A stretch of DNA of 64,000 nucleotides from a virus. Below the pieces are notes generated by a model. It made no database searches and was not told the origin of the DNA. It worked only from the letters and a program-made list of their open reading frames with translations. Location of the stretch: positions 1 to 64,000 of the IMG/VR virus record IMGVR_UViG_3300017766_003354; one strand, 5' to 3'. Shown in pieces: positions 18,656 to 30,303 of this stretch (position 1 is its first letter; every line of letters begins with the position of its first letter). The position numbers and the translations under genes are program-made.

Positions 18656-19626
18656 CTAAATCTTTACACCAAATAACTAAAAGATTCCTCTTTTTGGAGA
18701 AAAACCAATGTAAAACAATTCATTTATAATGTCAAGAACTGTCAAGAACGAAAGCCAATAATTAGCCCCGCGATGATTAGAATAACAAGAACTATTTCAT
18801 TCATTTGTTTCTCCTAGCCACTTGCTAAGGGAATCCCTTAGTTCTTGAACGTCTTTGCGCTCTAATAGGAAATCAAAGCAATTGTAAATGCTATCCTCTG
18901 AGATATGAAACCCCAAAAGATTTGGTTCGTCAGGGAAACCAGTTACCCAAAAATCATCGTCACCGTCTTGTCGATTAAAGATTTCCATTAGACTTCCTCT
19001 TGAAAAAAATCAAATTGTTCGTCCCAATCCCCCGATTCTATTTCTAAGGGAAAATTTTCGGGGTCTTCCAAATGAAGACTCTTCCAGTATTTGCAGAAAG
19101 CTTCGAGCTTTTCTTTTTGCTCGTCGGAGAATTCCATTATGGTCTTTTTCATGGGCGAATTTTAATTCGGATTAGAGATGGAGTCAAGGCAATTATTCCT
19201 CAATTACTTCCTTTATCTCGCTTTTAAGAACAATCGTTTTGCCAGCTAAAGATCCCCCACAAATATATTCAATATCTATTAAACAACAATGACCAGCATC
19301 CATGTAAACCTTCCCTCGCCCGCTTCCTGCGGCTACCAAATCAAAGAGAATGGTTTTTCCTGTCAAATCTTGTTTGTTAAGGTTTTTCATGGATTCAAAA
19401 GTTCCCCAAAAATAAAATCAATATTGTTATCCTTGAGCGCCCGCAGATGCCCGATTTGACTCATCAACCAGAGACTTTCATCTACGTAACCTCGTTTGAG
19501 CTTGCGGAGTTCTTTGGTTTTCTCTTTAAGAAGCCAGCAGGTAAGGCTCCAATCACGGTGACAAAGTTTTGCGTTTACTGGCGGGAATTTTGAAGTAGGA
19601 GAGATCATTTTTTTGTTGTTGGAGTT

Positions 19627-20274
19627 TCAAGCAATGCTTTCGTGATATTCCATTGAATCTTCGAAAGGACTATAAGAAGGAAGAGAAGGTTCGATTACAT
19701 CGTTTTCCAGTCTTCCACTGTATTTCGTCCACAGCATCAAATCAATATCAGCGATTGACATAAAAGGAAAATCCAATTTCGCCAAATACAAGAATTTACT
19801 TTGGAGTTCGAGATACTTTTTGATACTAGTCGGCGTTTGCTGTGGAGCGTCAACCCCCTTGTCGCGCAGATACTTCATAAGATGGCAATCCAGAACCGCC
19901 AACTCGATATTCGGGCGAGAGTGAAGGAGGAAGAATGAGGCAGATTTTGGCCCGATCCCGTGGATATTCATCAGTTGCTCCAATGTCGCAGTCCGCAAAT
20001 CAAGGCTAAGAGATTCAACAATGAAGCGAGTAATACGAGTATAATTTCCTGACTTGGCCGCAACCAAAGAATTACGAATGCCGTTTTCTCCAAGGGTTGC
20101 CAACCACTCGAAAGGAGTGCAATTATTTCTTTTTGCTTGACCAAAAAGCTTCGCAATAACATGAGCAGCAAAGTCTGAGTTCTTGCCCGCTACCACACAA
20201 CTGAAAATCCAAAAGCTTTGCAATTCTGAATCAGTGCGGGAGAAGTTGGTGATGTTCTTGGGGTCGATTTGCAT
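19627..20274 (-). CDS. HhH-GPD DNA glycosylase/AP lyase (8-oxoG glycosylase-like)
   Basis: LMNIHGIGPKSASFFLLHSR, AVLDCH, DIDLMLW; start reassigned by leaderless promoter. Confidence 0.8.
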   Translation of the reverse strand: MQIDPKNITNFSRTDSELQSFWIFSCVVAGKNSDFAAHVIAKLFGQAKRNNCTPFEWLATLGENGIRNSLVAAKSGNYTRITRFIVESLSLDLRTATLEQLMNIHGIGPKSASFFLLHSRPNIELAVLDCHLMKYLRDKGVDAPQQTPTSIKKYLELQSKFLYLAKLDFPFMSIADIDLMLWTKYSGRLENDVIEPSLPSYSPFEDSMEYHESIA

Positions 20275-21403
20275 GAGCGGAGTGTGATTTAAAATTGCCC
20301 TCTTGTCAATATTTATTCTACCAATAAAGTCGGACGCGAGTTTCTTCCCATTTTTCGGTCGGTTGTTGGATGAATAAATTTTCCACTGTGCTTTCAAAGC
20401 ACCCGCCAGTGAGTTGCGGGTGAGGTTCGCAGCTATCGCCATCTGTGGATGCCGTGCAGGTTACTTGTATGTCTCCATACTCTTTCTTAGTGCGTTGGAG
20501 GTCTTTGATTAGTTTGCTGATTTTCATGAGCGGAGAGTAATTAAAATTCCACCGCCAGTCAAGAACTTTTGGCCAAAAACTCAGAAATCCTCCTTACTTG
20601 AGCAATCCCAAACCACTGAGCCAACGCACTACCAATAAAAAAAGCATCATCATCAAAATCATCCCCATAAACAAAAACAGTAGAATTCTCTAGCCTTCCC
20701 ACGAGTTCTGGCAAAGATTTTGTCACGTTTCTGGCAATAAGAACATGACAGAGATTTTTAATCGAAGCATCCGAAGACGCTGCGCCTGCCGTAAAAATGA
20801 AACCTTTCTTTTCGGCGTATTTGGTTAGTTCTTCTTTAGTAATTGGCTGGATATTCATTTTTCCCACTTTCCTATTGTCTTGACTAAAGCCTCAAGTAGT
20901 TCAAAAGAATCGGCAAAAAGCAAATCACAATCACTAACCAAAGCATTGCCTACTTTATTTTTCTCGCATTTGCGGGAGACAATCGTTCGCAAATTGTTGA
21001 TCCACTTGACGCGCAGTTCGGTCGAATTGATTAGTTTATTTCGAGCGTCTGCCAATTCATTCAAATCATTGTTAAGGCTCGGCAAACTATCTTGGAGTCC
21101 ATCGCTAGGATCAACTCCAATTAAATTTCTAATATTCGTCCACCCTAGAACCTCGCAGACTGCTGTAATTTGAGAATTAATAGTCATTTTTCTAGCAAAT
21201 CATCAATAATAGAATATAAATGGTGTCCAAATTTAGGAACTAATTTCCCCTTCCATTCCCGACTTGATTGTTTCCAATCAATTTCATCGTCGCTCTCCCT
21301 TCGAACTGCAAAAATCGCTCCCAACATTTTCAATTCGTCTTCATTGAATTCGAGAGTAAAAGTTCGTGCGGTCTTTGGGGTTGTTTCGGTTAGTTTCATG
21401 ATT

Positions 21404-21865
21404 TTATTCGTGTGTTTCGAGTAGAAGAAGATATTCGGCCAAACGATATTTATCTTTCAAGCTTCCTTCTTTTAGGTCGCTCATGTTATGCCTCAAATCA
21501 GCAACCTTAACGATTTCAACCAGAGGATCATAATGGCCTTTAATTTTAACAATATAATGAAGATATGTTTGCCCTTCAACTCTTGTCAAGTATTCCAGAG
21601 AATTAGCATAATAATCGCCGAATTCTTCTCTGATTTCTGCTTTTGTTGTCTCTGGATTGGAAGATTCTTCAATTGCATCATGAAAAATTGCCAAAACATA
21701 AAGATCATCTAAAAACTTCTGTTCTGTGATTCCTCGCGATTTGGCAATCTGTTCTGCGATTTCAGCCACAGCCACAGGATGACTAATATAAGGTTTCCCG
21801 TCTTTGCGAGTTTGGCCGAAATGATAGAGTTCGGCATAACCTAGTGCTTTTTGGCGAATGTTCAT
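21404..21865 (-). CDS. HD-domain small alarmone hydrolase (Mesh1/SpoT-like)
   Basis: HFGQTRKDGKPYISHPVAVA, FHDAIEE, VKVADLRHN; own leaderless promoter. Confidence 0.85.
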   Translation of the reverse strand: MNIRQKALGYAELYHFGQTRKDGKPYISHPVAVAEIAEQIAKSRGITEQKFLDDLYVLAIFHDAIEESSNPETTKAEIREEFGDYYANSLEYLTRVEGQTYLHYIVKIKGHYDPLVEIVKVADLRHNMSDLKEGSLKDKYRLAEYLLLLETHE

Positions 21866-22168
21866 GTGCGGATTGTATTTTAAAAAGTGGATTATGTCAA
21901 ACTTATTCTGTTCTTTTACTCTTTCTTTCCAGAGTTTTGGGCAATAATAGGCTTCTGCATATTTTCCCAAACGCGAATCAACAATAATCGGCGCACCATA
22001 GAAGCAATTCCCATATCCAAGATGTTCTCTCGAATTAGTAGAAAAAGAAGTCTCGCATTGTTTTCTCAACTCTTGTTCGGCTGCTGGACTACAGGCGATT
22101 CCAACAAGAGTTTTGCTTTTAGGGAGAAGCTTTCTTGCTTCGTCCATGGCTTTTAAAATAGATTCCAT
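21404..22168 (-). CDS. in-frame fusion of a hypothetical domain with the HD hydrolase
   Basis: no stop between the N-terminal paralog domain and the HD domain. Confidence 0.55.
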   Translation of the reverse strand: MESILKAMDEARKLLPKSKTLVGIACSPAAEQELRKQCETSFSTNSREHLGYGNCFYGAPIIVDSRLGKYAEAYYCPKLWKERVKEQNKFDIIHFLKYNPHMNIRQKALGYAELYHFGQTRKDGKPYISHPVAVAEIAEQIAKSRGITEQKFLDDLYVLAIFHDAIEESSNPETTKAEIREEFGDYYANSLEYLTRVEGQTYLHYIVKIKGHYDPLVEIVKVADLRHNMSDLKEGSLKDKYRLAEYLLLLETHE

Positions 22169-22699
22169 TACTTTGCTCCAATTTTTCCAACTCCTTCGCA
22201 CCTTGGACACTTATGCTGTCCAGAAACCCGACCAGCAAAAGCTGTCACAAGTCCAGACCCCCGACAATCTGGGCATTCGAGCCTCACTTTGAAGGGGAAT
22301 GGGATGATATTCTCTATTTCAATTTCGTGTTCTTCTTGCATACTTTTGTGTGCGTTCGTTCAAAGAGACTCTCGCCAGCGGCGTATCTGGCAAGAGCGTC
22401 GTATTTTTGCCGCCAGAAGTCAAGAATAAAATAACTTGCCATCCCGAGAATTACAATTAATGAGGCTTTTTTCATGGGTCGTCTTCAAAAAATGCGTGAA
22501 TGCAAGCTACAATAGCGGCAGCGGCGATTATTAATCCAACAAAAGAAAAAAATGCCAATCCTATTGTTTCCATTACCTTTTCCCACACTGATTACAGAAT
22601 GCGCCAGATCGATGAAACATAATTTTGCCTCCACACTTTGGGCAAAAGCCCAGAAAAAAGCAAAACTTTTTCCAATAATAGTTCCACCGATAGCCCAAT

Positions 22700-23422
22700 T
22701 TAAGAATTAAATTCTTCATACTTTTGGATAATTTTAGTGAATGCTTCTTTAGAGAAGGGTGTGTCGTTAAGGGTAATCGAACCATCAGACCAGAAAAATC
22801 CCTTATTTCCAAGAATCGAAAAAGATTCTTGGGTCTTTCGTTCGACCAAATCGAATTCGCTAAACCCACTATTAATCGTATATTTCCCCTCAAGAGTCCA
22901 CTGTTCATTCACCCAGCTTCCGTCGTCCATCAAATATTGCCCTACCACGGGATAAGTCGGATCATCAGAGATGGCAAAAAGTTCCACTTCCAGTCCTTTT
23001 CTCGTTTTATAGCTTTTGGTGATATCAATTGTGCTCGGCGCAACAGAATCAGCTACAAGTTCAAAACGATTTGGCTTGTAATAGTGTTGGAGCGGGTCTT
23101 TTGATCCATCCAACTTAACTTGAATATTCCCATACTGATTAACATGAGTTACCATATACGTATAACCGTGGCAAAGAGATTCTGAGTCTTGAGAATTGAT
23201 GCACTTAATTTTTTGGCCGATTTTCATATTGTTTTCTTTGTTTTTAGTTGTATTTGTTAGAATGAAGAAGTCAGCATAATAGGGTGCGCCGTCTTGTGCG
23301 ACTGTAATTACTGGTGTATTTCTGCCACACCAAGTTGGCTCATAAGAGAAGACTTGATATTCCTTGCCAAGGACAAGCCCAGCATCCAATTCAACACATG
23401 TGATTTTGTCTCCGATTTTCAT
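22700..23422 (-). CDS. tandem SH3-like repeat protein (related to 9283-9720)
   Basis: MKIGDKITCV...LVLGKEYQV and MKIGQKIKCI repeats. Confidence 0.75.
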   Translation of the reverse strand: MKIGDKITCVELDAGLVLGKEYQVFSYEPTWCGRNTPVITVAQDGAPYYADFFILTNTTKNKENNMKIGQKIKCINSQDSESLCHGYTYMVTHVNQYGNIQVKLDGSKDPLQHYYKPNRFELVADSVAPSTIDITKSYKTRKGLEVELFAISDDPTYPVVGQYLMDDGSWVNEQWTLEGKYTINSGFSEFDLVERKTQESFSILGNKGFFWSDGSITLNDTPFSKEAFTKIIQKYEEFNS

Positions 23423-23694
23423 TGATTTGTTTCTCTGTTTAGAATTTGTTCTGCTTGTTCTTGAGTTACTGCGGTGAAGCCTTTAACACCCCATTGGTTA
23501 TTACTAGGGGGATAGTAGCAGGGTTCTACCCAATTGTTTCCCCTCATGATGCCATTGTGGCTTTGAATTTCAATAACTTCCCAATTTTCGCGGCCAGTAG
23601 TTCGGCTGATGCCTTTAGCGATAGCCCAACCGTCTTTTTCTTTGACGATTGTGAAGTCGTAGCCGTTTTTGGCGTATTTGGTGAGAGGTTTCAT
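23419..23694 (-). CDS. hypothetical protein
   Basis: ORF with leaderless promoter. Confidence 0.7.
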   Translation of the reverse strand: MKPLTKYAKNGYDFTIVKEKDGWAIAKGISRTTGRENWEVIEIQSHNGIMRGNNWVEPCYYPPSNNQWGVKGFTAVTQEQAEQILNRETNQ

Positions 23695-24964
23695 GGGCGC
23701 TAGTTTAGTTAAAATTGGCGGTCTGTCAATTCCAATTTTTAAGAATCAACGAAACTAGAGAAATAATCGCTTTAATCGCGAAAGAACAAAAAATAATAAA
23801 AGGGACGGCATAACCCCAAAAATCCCAATCAATATATTTGTCAATAGTGGAAACATAACCAAAAAGCCATCCTAACCCCATACATGCGAGAAAAGAAAGG
23901 CAGAGTATCAACATTTGTGCGTCGTTCATGTGCGGATTATAGATAAAAGGTTAAGTCTGTCAATATTAAAAGTTCTGAGAAAGAAGAAGACAAAGATTAA
24001 TCGCCCCAGCGGCAACCGCAACCAAAACAATAAGAATAAAAATAGGGCCAATGACTTCTCCCTTGTCTTCTGCCATTGCATATCCGACAGACACCCCAAA
24101 AAAAAGAGTGACGAGGAAAAGAACGGATGTAATAATTATTTGAGCTTCGTTCATTTGATTATTTGTTTTTCTTTCAGATAGTGGATGATTTCGTCTTGCT
24201 GGGCATGAGTGTGCCATTTTTTGGCAACTTGTCGAGCAGAAACTACATTGTGGCCATAATATTTTCGGATAAAAGACCGATGGAAAACGCATCCAGTCCG
24301 CTCAAAAAAGATGGAAGAATTTGTCTCAGTATAGCGATCTGCAATTAGGGGCATTTTTTAACAATAGCTTTAAGTAAACAATTTCGCCATTTGCTTTGCG
24401 CAGATCAACTTCTAAATTATCTCGATCCGCTATCAGCATGGCATTTTGAGGCTCTAATACGAGCACTTTCATACGAGCTTCTTTATTTTTTTGTTTTTCT
24501 TCCTCTAGTCTTTCTTGTAGGAATTTATTTTGAGACAAATAAATATCGCAATCAGTCTCCAATTCCTTAATTTTTATCTTCAAAAAAGGAACACAAGTGC
24601 AATGAACTTCATCATTCGGGCGCTCGTCCATGATGGATTTAAATGAATCTTCTATTTCTTGTTTATAGTCGCGCAATTTTTTTTGAGATAAACCGTGCAT
24701 AACTCCACTCTACTAGAGCGAGGAAATTTGCACAAATATTGGCCCGCTTCAGAGGGAACTTTGGTTGTCCAGTTAATTTTCATTTATTCGTAGCTTTTTC
24801 TATTTAACCACTTAACCTCAGATTCTAGTTGTTCGACCTTGGTTTCTAGGGCTTTAATCGTATTATCATAGCGATCAGTGATCCATTCGATTAAATTGAG
24901 TTCTTTTGGGGTAAAAGAAGATTTAGAGTATAAGTCTTGCCTTTCTTGAGAATTCATATTCTTT

Positions 24965-25912
24965 TTAGTAGTCGGAGATTTTTGATTTAATTAGTCCGTA
25001 GTCTTTGTAGAGGTCGGAATCGACTTTAGAGAAAAGGTAATCGTATCCTACATCAGAATCTCGAAACACTCTGCCGTCGTTATCCCAATTTTCGCCAATC
25101 AAAGAATACAGTTTTGTCTCGATTTCCTTGTCTTCGGCAGTCTCAACAATAAATCCATTCAGTCCGCACTCTGCATAATGACATCCTTCATTCCAATCCT
25201 CGCGATTTTTAAGAAGAAAATGTCCCAACCTCAAATACTTATCCTTCTCCAGAACCTTGTCAAGCAATTCTTCCCAATCAAAGTTTCCGTATTTTACTTG
25301 CATACGGGCTAATTCCATTAGATCTTCCTTAGCTTTGACTTTTTGAGCCTCTTCTTTTTCGGCCTTTTCAATCGCCGCGATTAAAGTCTTATATTCTTTC
25401 AAGAGACGATCTTCGGTGTCTTTTAATCCTCTTTTAGCCATATCATAGCCATCAGAAAAACGAAGCATCCGATCCATATCAGAGACATAACCAGCACTTT
25501 TTGTTATGCTTTGTTTGGTGCGGTGTCTAGTCGTAGGATATTCATAAACAGTATAAGTGGGAGAAATCCCAATAGTATTCATGAAATCGCTGATTTTCTT
25601 TCTTGTGGCTAGGTTGTTTTCGATTGCTGGCAAATTGTCTTTGTGAATTGATTCAATTTGCGCCAACCTTTCTGCCACGGCGGCCTTGGCGTTAGCATAA
25701 GCAGACTCAACGTGATTGCGATATGCGGGCGTAAAGGAGGAATAATTTGATCCTTTAAAATATCTAGAAAGTTCTGCTGAAATGCTATTGCCAAGACTCT
25801 TTATTTCCATAATCGTGCCGACCTCATTTCTGACAGTGGCAAGATTTTCGAGGGCTTTGTCGATTTGTTTTTTCGCTTCGTTGAGCGAGTATTCGGCGGT
25901 TCCGTATTTCAT
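24965..25912 (-). CDS. hypothetical coiled-coil protein
   Basis: 315-aa ORF with upstream TTGACT promoter. Confidence 0.85.
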   Translation of the reverse strand: MKYGTAEYSLNEAKKQIDKALENLATVRNEVGTIMEIKSLGNSISAELSRYFKGSNYSSFTPAYRNHVESAYANAKAAVAERLAQIESIHKDNLPAIENNLATRKKISDFMNTIGISPTYTVYEYPTTRHRTKQSITKSAGYVSDMDRMLRFSDGYDMAKRGLKDTEDRLLKEYKTLIAAIEKAEKEEAQKVKAKEDLMELARMQVKYGNFDWEELLDKVLEKDKYLRLGHFLLKNREDWNEGCHYAECGLNGFIVETAEDKEIETKLYSLIGENWDNDGRVFRDSDVGYDYLFSKVDSDLYKDYGLIKSKISDY

Positions 25913-25943
25913 GGGAAAATTGTTGTCTTTTTAGTAGCAAAAG

Positions 25944-26480
25944 TCAAGGAACAAATTGACACAAATATTCCTGCCTCCAAACAGGCTCTTCGCAATTTCT
26001 CCACTCTGCAAAAGGTTTATCAAAGCAAATATACGACCGATATTTTTGAACAATAGAAAAGCTATCGAACTTAGGCAATTTACGGCAATTCTTATCTTCG
26101 CTGATTGCAATAGCAAATTCTGTCAACGGCCCATCTGGCACCATAGAAAAATCAACGTGATCCCGACACCAGAGAATAAAAGCATAAGAAAAATGAGGAT
26201 TCATACCCCGAATCAATCGCTGATTTTCCAACTCAATAGCGTGGTCGATCAGCCAACGCATGTTTGATTTTGTTTTTCTAACCCATAAACTGCAAGGATG
26301 ATTCCAATAAGAATACTTTCGGGGAGTCCCTTTTTGAGTATGAGGGGCATCCTGTAAATCCTCCAAAGAAAAACAATTTGCTAGCATTTGGGCGCTTTCT
26401 AATACCATTTTGTTGCAGTGAGAATCGCAAAGCATAGATGCTGCGATTTTACTATCTGGATGAACGGCAAAAATATTCAT
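25944..26480 (-). CDS. pyrimidine-dimer DNA glycosylase-like protein
   Basis: MNIF...DSHCNKMVLESAQML, NHPCSLWVR...NMRWL, YRSY...K. Confidence 0.8.
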   Translation of the reverse strand: MNIFAVHPDSKIAASMLCDSHCNKMVLESAQMLANCFSLEDLQDAPHTQKGTPRKYSYWNHPCSLWVRKTKSNMRWLIDHAIELENQRLIRGMNPHFSYAFILWCRDHVDFSMVPDGPLTEFAIAISEDKNCRKLPKFDSFSIVQKYRSYICFDKPFAEWRNCEEPVWRQEYLCQFVP

Positions 26481-26521
26481 TGTAATAAGCAGAAATTAGA
26501 GTTCTAGTGTAATATTTTTAT

Positions 26522-27397
26522 ATGAACGTAGTTTACGGAATAAAATGCAGTGTTAATGGCAAATATTATGTTGGATCATCCACCAACGTCAAGGAAAGAA
26601 TGTGCCGTCACAAGAAAGATTTACGGCGTGGGAATCACCATTCACGCAAACTCCAGAGAGCGTGGGATAAATATGGAGAAAACGCTTTTATTTTTGAAAA
26701 ATTAGAGGTCAATATTCCTTACGAGGAATTGGTCGCCAAAGAGCAGTTTTGGATGGACAAATTAAACAGTTATCATGATGGTTATAACGGTTACAGAAAA
26801 TCTACTCCATGCCCATCCGAATTTCGAAATGGAATGTGGGGCAAATGTCCAGCGAACAAGGGAAAACCAAACCCTAATAGAAGACCAGTAGTAAGCTATG
26901 ATTTGATGACTGGAGAAGTTGTTTCTTTTGAATCCGTTAATAGTGTATCCAAATTAATGAATATCGGCCCTCAATTTTTAAGCTGCATCACTTTGAAAAA
27001 AATTCACCAAAAGAAAAGCTCTGTATTTGTGGGTAAATTTTGGTTTTACGAACAAGATTTTTGTTTAGAAGAATTAAAATTGCGATTTGAATTCAAAAAT
27101 AAACCCCATGGACTTTGCGGGTATAAACGCCCATTAGAAGAATGTGAGAGAATATCTGAGAGGCAAAAAGGGGTTCGCTTTTCTTCCGAGCGTAAGAAAA
27201 ATCAATCTTTGGCCAGACAAAAACTCATTAATGGAGGTTATGGCGTTTGTCCAGTTATGCGTAATGATGGGCAAGTTTTTTCTTCTATTAGAGAGGCTGC
27301 GAGAGCTATAGGCGCGGATTCTTCTGGGGTGTCTCACGTTTTGTCTGGAAAAATAAAAACTTGCAAGGGATTCTCTTTTAAATACGCAAATTCATAG
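26522..27397 (+). CDS. GIY-YIG homing endonuclease with NUMOD1 repeats
   Basis: VVYGIK...YYVGSS...R...H...L..G.HH...LQRAW.KYG; FSSIREAAR; antisense to neighbours. Confidence 0.92.
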   Translation: MNVVYGIKCSVNGKYYVGSSTNVKERMCRHKKDLRRGNHHSRKLQRAWDKYGENAFIFEKLEVNIPYEELVAKEQFWMDKLNSYHDGYNGYRKSTPCPSEFRNGMWGKCPANKGKPNPNRRPVVSYDLMTGEVVSFESVNSVSKLMNIGPQFLSCITLKKIHQKKSSVFVGKFWFYEQDFCLEELKLRFEFKNKPHGLCGYKRPLEECERISERQKGVRFSSERKKNQSLARQKLINGGYGVCPVMRNDGQVFSSIREAARAIGADSSGVSHVLSGKIKTCKGFSFKYANS

Positions 27398-28265
27398 CGG
27401 AGAATAACTAATACAATTCAAGGTTGTCAAGCGCAAAACCTTATCCTGATCCCCAAACTTTTCTGTCCACTCTTTTAGAATGGCGTTTTGTTTTTCAATA
27501 TAGGCGACCATTCTTTTCATGTCTCCATGATTCGGTTGGCGCTCTCTCAAAAAATTCATCAAGTTTTGCGGCTCTGATTCATGATATTCTTCTTCTTCGT
27601 CCAACCACCAAGCAGTAATTGTATATTGAGAATGAGGCATAAACTTATAAAGACGATGCCAGTGAGTATGGCACATGTGATGCTGGCGATGGTTGCCAAC
27701 TTCTTTTCCGTTCTTTTCGATACGGTAGTTTGTGACGTTTGCAGAGGTCATGGTTTTTTAGCGTATTTGAAATGTCCGCGAAGATGCTCTCTACAACGAG
27801 GGCAAAGAAGATAAGTCGATTCTGTCCATTGTCCAGCACTATCTCGAATATGTGCGGGCTTAGAAAGGAAATCAACATTAAAAAGACAATATCCGCATCT
27901 TTGCTTTGTTTCTAAAAAAGGATATTTTTTCTTCAGTTCTACTGAAAGACGAACATTGAGGGCGTTATGCTCAAAAAAATCCAAAAGAGGTTTCAGATCT
28001 TTTGCCAACTGTTTTTCGTCAATTTCCATGTGGATAATCTACTTTAAATCTCCCTTTTTAACAACAGAAATCGTTGTCTCTTCGCGGATTATTTTAGTGT
28101 TGGAACTTTTGTTCGCTTTGAGCCAAGCTTGTGTTTCTCTTAGCTTTTTTAAAGAGCGCGATTGTCCGACCTCAATTTCTTGCCAGTTGTAAACCTTGCT
28201 TGGTTTGCCATCCCTTCGTGGAATGGGCAGAAGATCGCGCAATAGGAGAATATATTTGGTAGTCT

Positions 28266-28553
28266 TCACTTGTCAAACGCACGGCGATTCCCAGAAGCAA
28301 AAGACCTCCGCGCATCTCGACGCTTCTTGCGTTGATTCTTAGAGAAATCAATTTGATGCATCTTGGGTTGGATTGGACGCAGGAATTTGATATCCATATC
28401 GTCATAACTCATCATTGGAATGTTTTCGATCATATACGTAGTTTCTGGTTTGTTTGTAGAATATTGTTCTCCCATTGTGGCTATTGCTTCTACAGAAGCA
28501 GAACCAGCAATAAGAGAAGAAGTGGCTAAGAAGGGAAGTTTCATCGGTCCCAA
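28266..28553 (-). CDS. small basic-tailed protein, paralog of 30090-30260
   Basis: NQRKKRRDARRSFASGNRRAF. Confidence 0.6.
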   Translation of the reverse strand: MGPMKLPFLATSSLIAGSASVEAIATMGEQYSTNKPETTYMIENIPMMSYDDMDIKFLRPIQPKMHQIDFSKNQRKKRRDARRSFASGNRRAFDK

Positions 28554-29146
28554 CGGTCAACAGTTTGGCTCGCGATAATAGCTACCGCCAATAAAGAAGA
28601 AAAGATCGCTGGAATATAAATAGCTCCGCTCCCTAAGTGTGGCCACAAAGAAGCTGCCCACCAAGAAGAAGCGCAAAAGGCCCCAATCAAAAGAGATAAT
28701 GTAATTTGTGTCATGTCGGGGCGAGTTTATTTTATTTTCGAGGCTCTGTCAATAAGTTTTTACCAGAATCTTTCTATAAAGACTTCTTTTTTCTCTGGCT
28801 TTAAGCCCCAATCGCTACCAGTGAAAACAGAAATCCATTCTCCAACATACTCAGCCTCAGAACACTCTAACTCCTTACAACGAGGAAGTTTGTCGTAAAG
28901 TTTTTTCAATTTTTCGACTTCCCCCTCTAAAAAAGCATTTAAAATCGCTTCTTGGCGCTTTAGTTGGGCTCCCTTGAAGCAGGATTTTAGTCTCTTTTGT
29001 TCGGCTTCTACGTCAAAGTCGAAGACTTCTGTGGTTATTCTGGTAATTTGCACGCCGCAAATATGCCTGCTTTTCAAAAATTGTCAACCTAATTCTCAGT
29101 CTTAATCGGCGGCGGAACATCATACTGTTCAGTCGAACACCCCGCA

Positions 29147-29584
29147 CTAAAAAGTAATCCGCAAATTACCAGCACTCGTATAATCCTTGAGAAAAACATA
29201 TTTTTGATTTTGTGGTTCTATTACTAGCCAATCATGCCCATTATTAGTTTTAACCCCAACTAAATTTAACATGTGTTCACCTTGGGCTATACCGAAGGAA
29301 GTCCGAAGGTTCGTTACTTGCATGACAGCAACAGCCACAGCCGCCCGTTCTTTAAGCTTTAAACCTGCTTCTCTGAGCCTTGCGGCGAATTCGTGGGCAA
29401 AATCGTCACAATCGAAACGCTCGCCTGAGAACGTCATTCCTCGACTCTTTAAATACCCACCAAACCAAGGCAAAAATTCCTTAGTCAAATAATTAAAAGA
29501 CGGCAAAACATAAAGCGAATCCGAACATCTTACGGAAGACGCTTTGCCCAAGTCTTTTTTTACTTGACTATGAGTTAAAGTCAA
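29147..29584 (-). CDS. cysteine-protease/transglutaminase-like fold (MOA lectin C-terminal-like)
   Basis: FDCDDFA, HMLN, IEPQN catalytic pattern. Confidence 0.65.
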   Translation of the reverse strand: MTLTHSQVKKDLGKASSVRCSDSLYVLPSFNYLTKEFLPWFGGYLKSRGMTFSGERFDCDDFAHEFAARLREAGLKLKERAAVAVAVMQVTNLRTSFGIAQGEHMLNLVGVKTNNGHDWLVIEPQNQKYVFLKDYTSAGNLRITF

Positions 29585-30089
29585 TCGACTTCGTTGGTGA
29601 GGTTTTTAGTGGGATTGCCCGAAATAGCCGCAACATTTTGACTATGCATTTGCTCAACAGTCAAAACTGGAGTTTGTGGACGGTTAAGGGGATTTGGGCT
29701 ATCGGGGGAAATAGCGCAGCTAGAAAGAAGAAGAATTGCCGCAAGAATTAAATTTTTTAGAGTTTTCATATTGTTTTTTACACTTGTTCGAGTTTATAGA
29801 TGCTGTTTTGGGTTGTGAAAAGGGTGAAATCTGGTCCTTCATTAACCTCAACAATGAGACTGGAAGTGAAAACACCCAAACACTGAACACCATTCCGATT
29901 ATCACGAAACATTCGAAAAATTCTATCTTTTTCTGGCCAATCAATGACTTGGCCTTCGACATAATATTCAACAGGTGGCGAAAATCCATCGGCTCGACTC
30001 ATATTTGAGCGATATTCTTCGATGGAAGAAGCAGATTCGGCTGAAATCGTTTCGGGGATTGCAATTTTTGTGAGTCGGTATTTCATATT

Positions 30090-30260
30090 TTAGCGATTAA
30101 ATGCTGAACGATTGCCAGCCGCAAATGCTCGGCGGGCCTTTTTGCGGTTTTTACGCTGACTACGAGGGAATGCGATTTTTTCTACTTGGGTTGGCTTGCG
30201 CTTATAGAAGTCAACCGAGTCTTTAACGTCTGCGTTGCTCATTGGAATGTTTGAAGTCAT
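30090..30260 (-). CDS. small basic protein (56 aa, not in ORF track)
   Basis: SQRKNRKKARRAFAAGNRSAFNR; upstream TTGACT. Confidence 0.55.
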   Translation of the reverse strand: MTSNIPMSNADVKDSVDFYKRKPTQVEKIAFPRSQRKNRKKARRAFAAGNRSAFNR

Positions 30261-30303
30261 ATTTTTGTTTTATATTGAAATCGCAGAGAGTCAAGAAGAA
30301 AAA

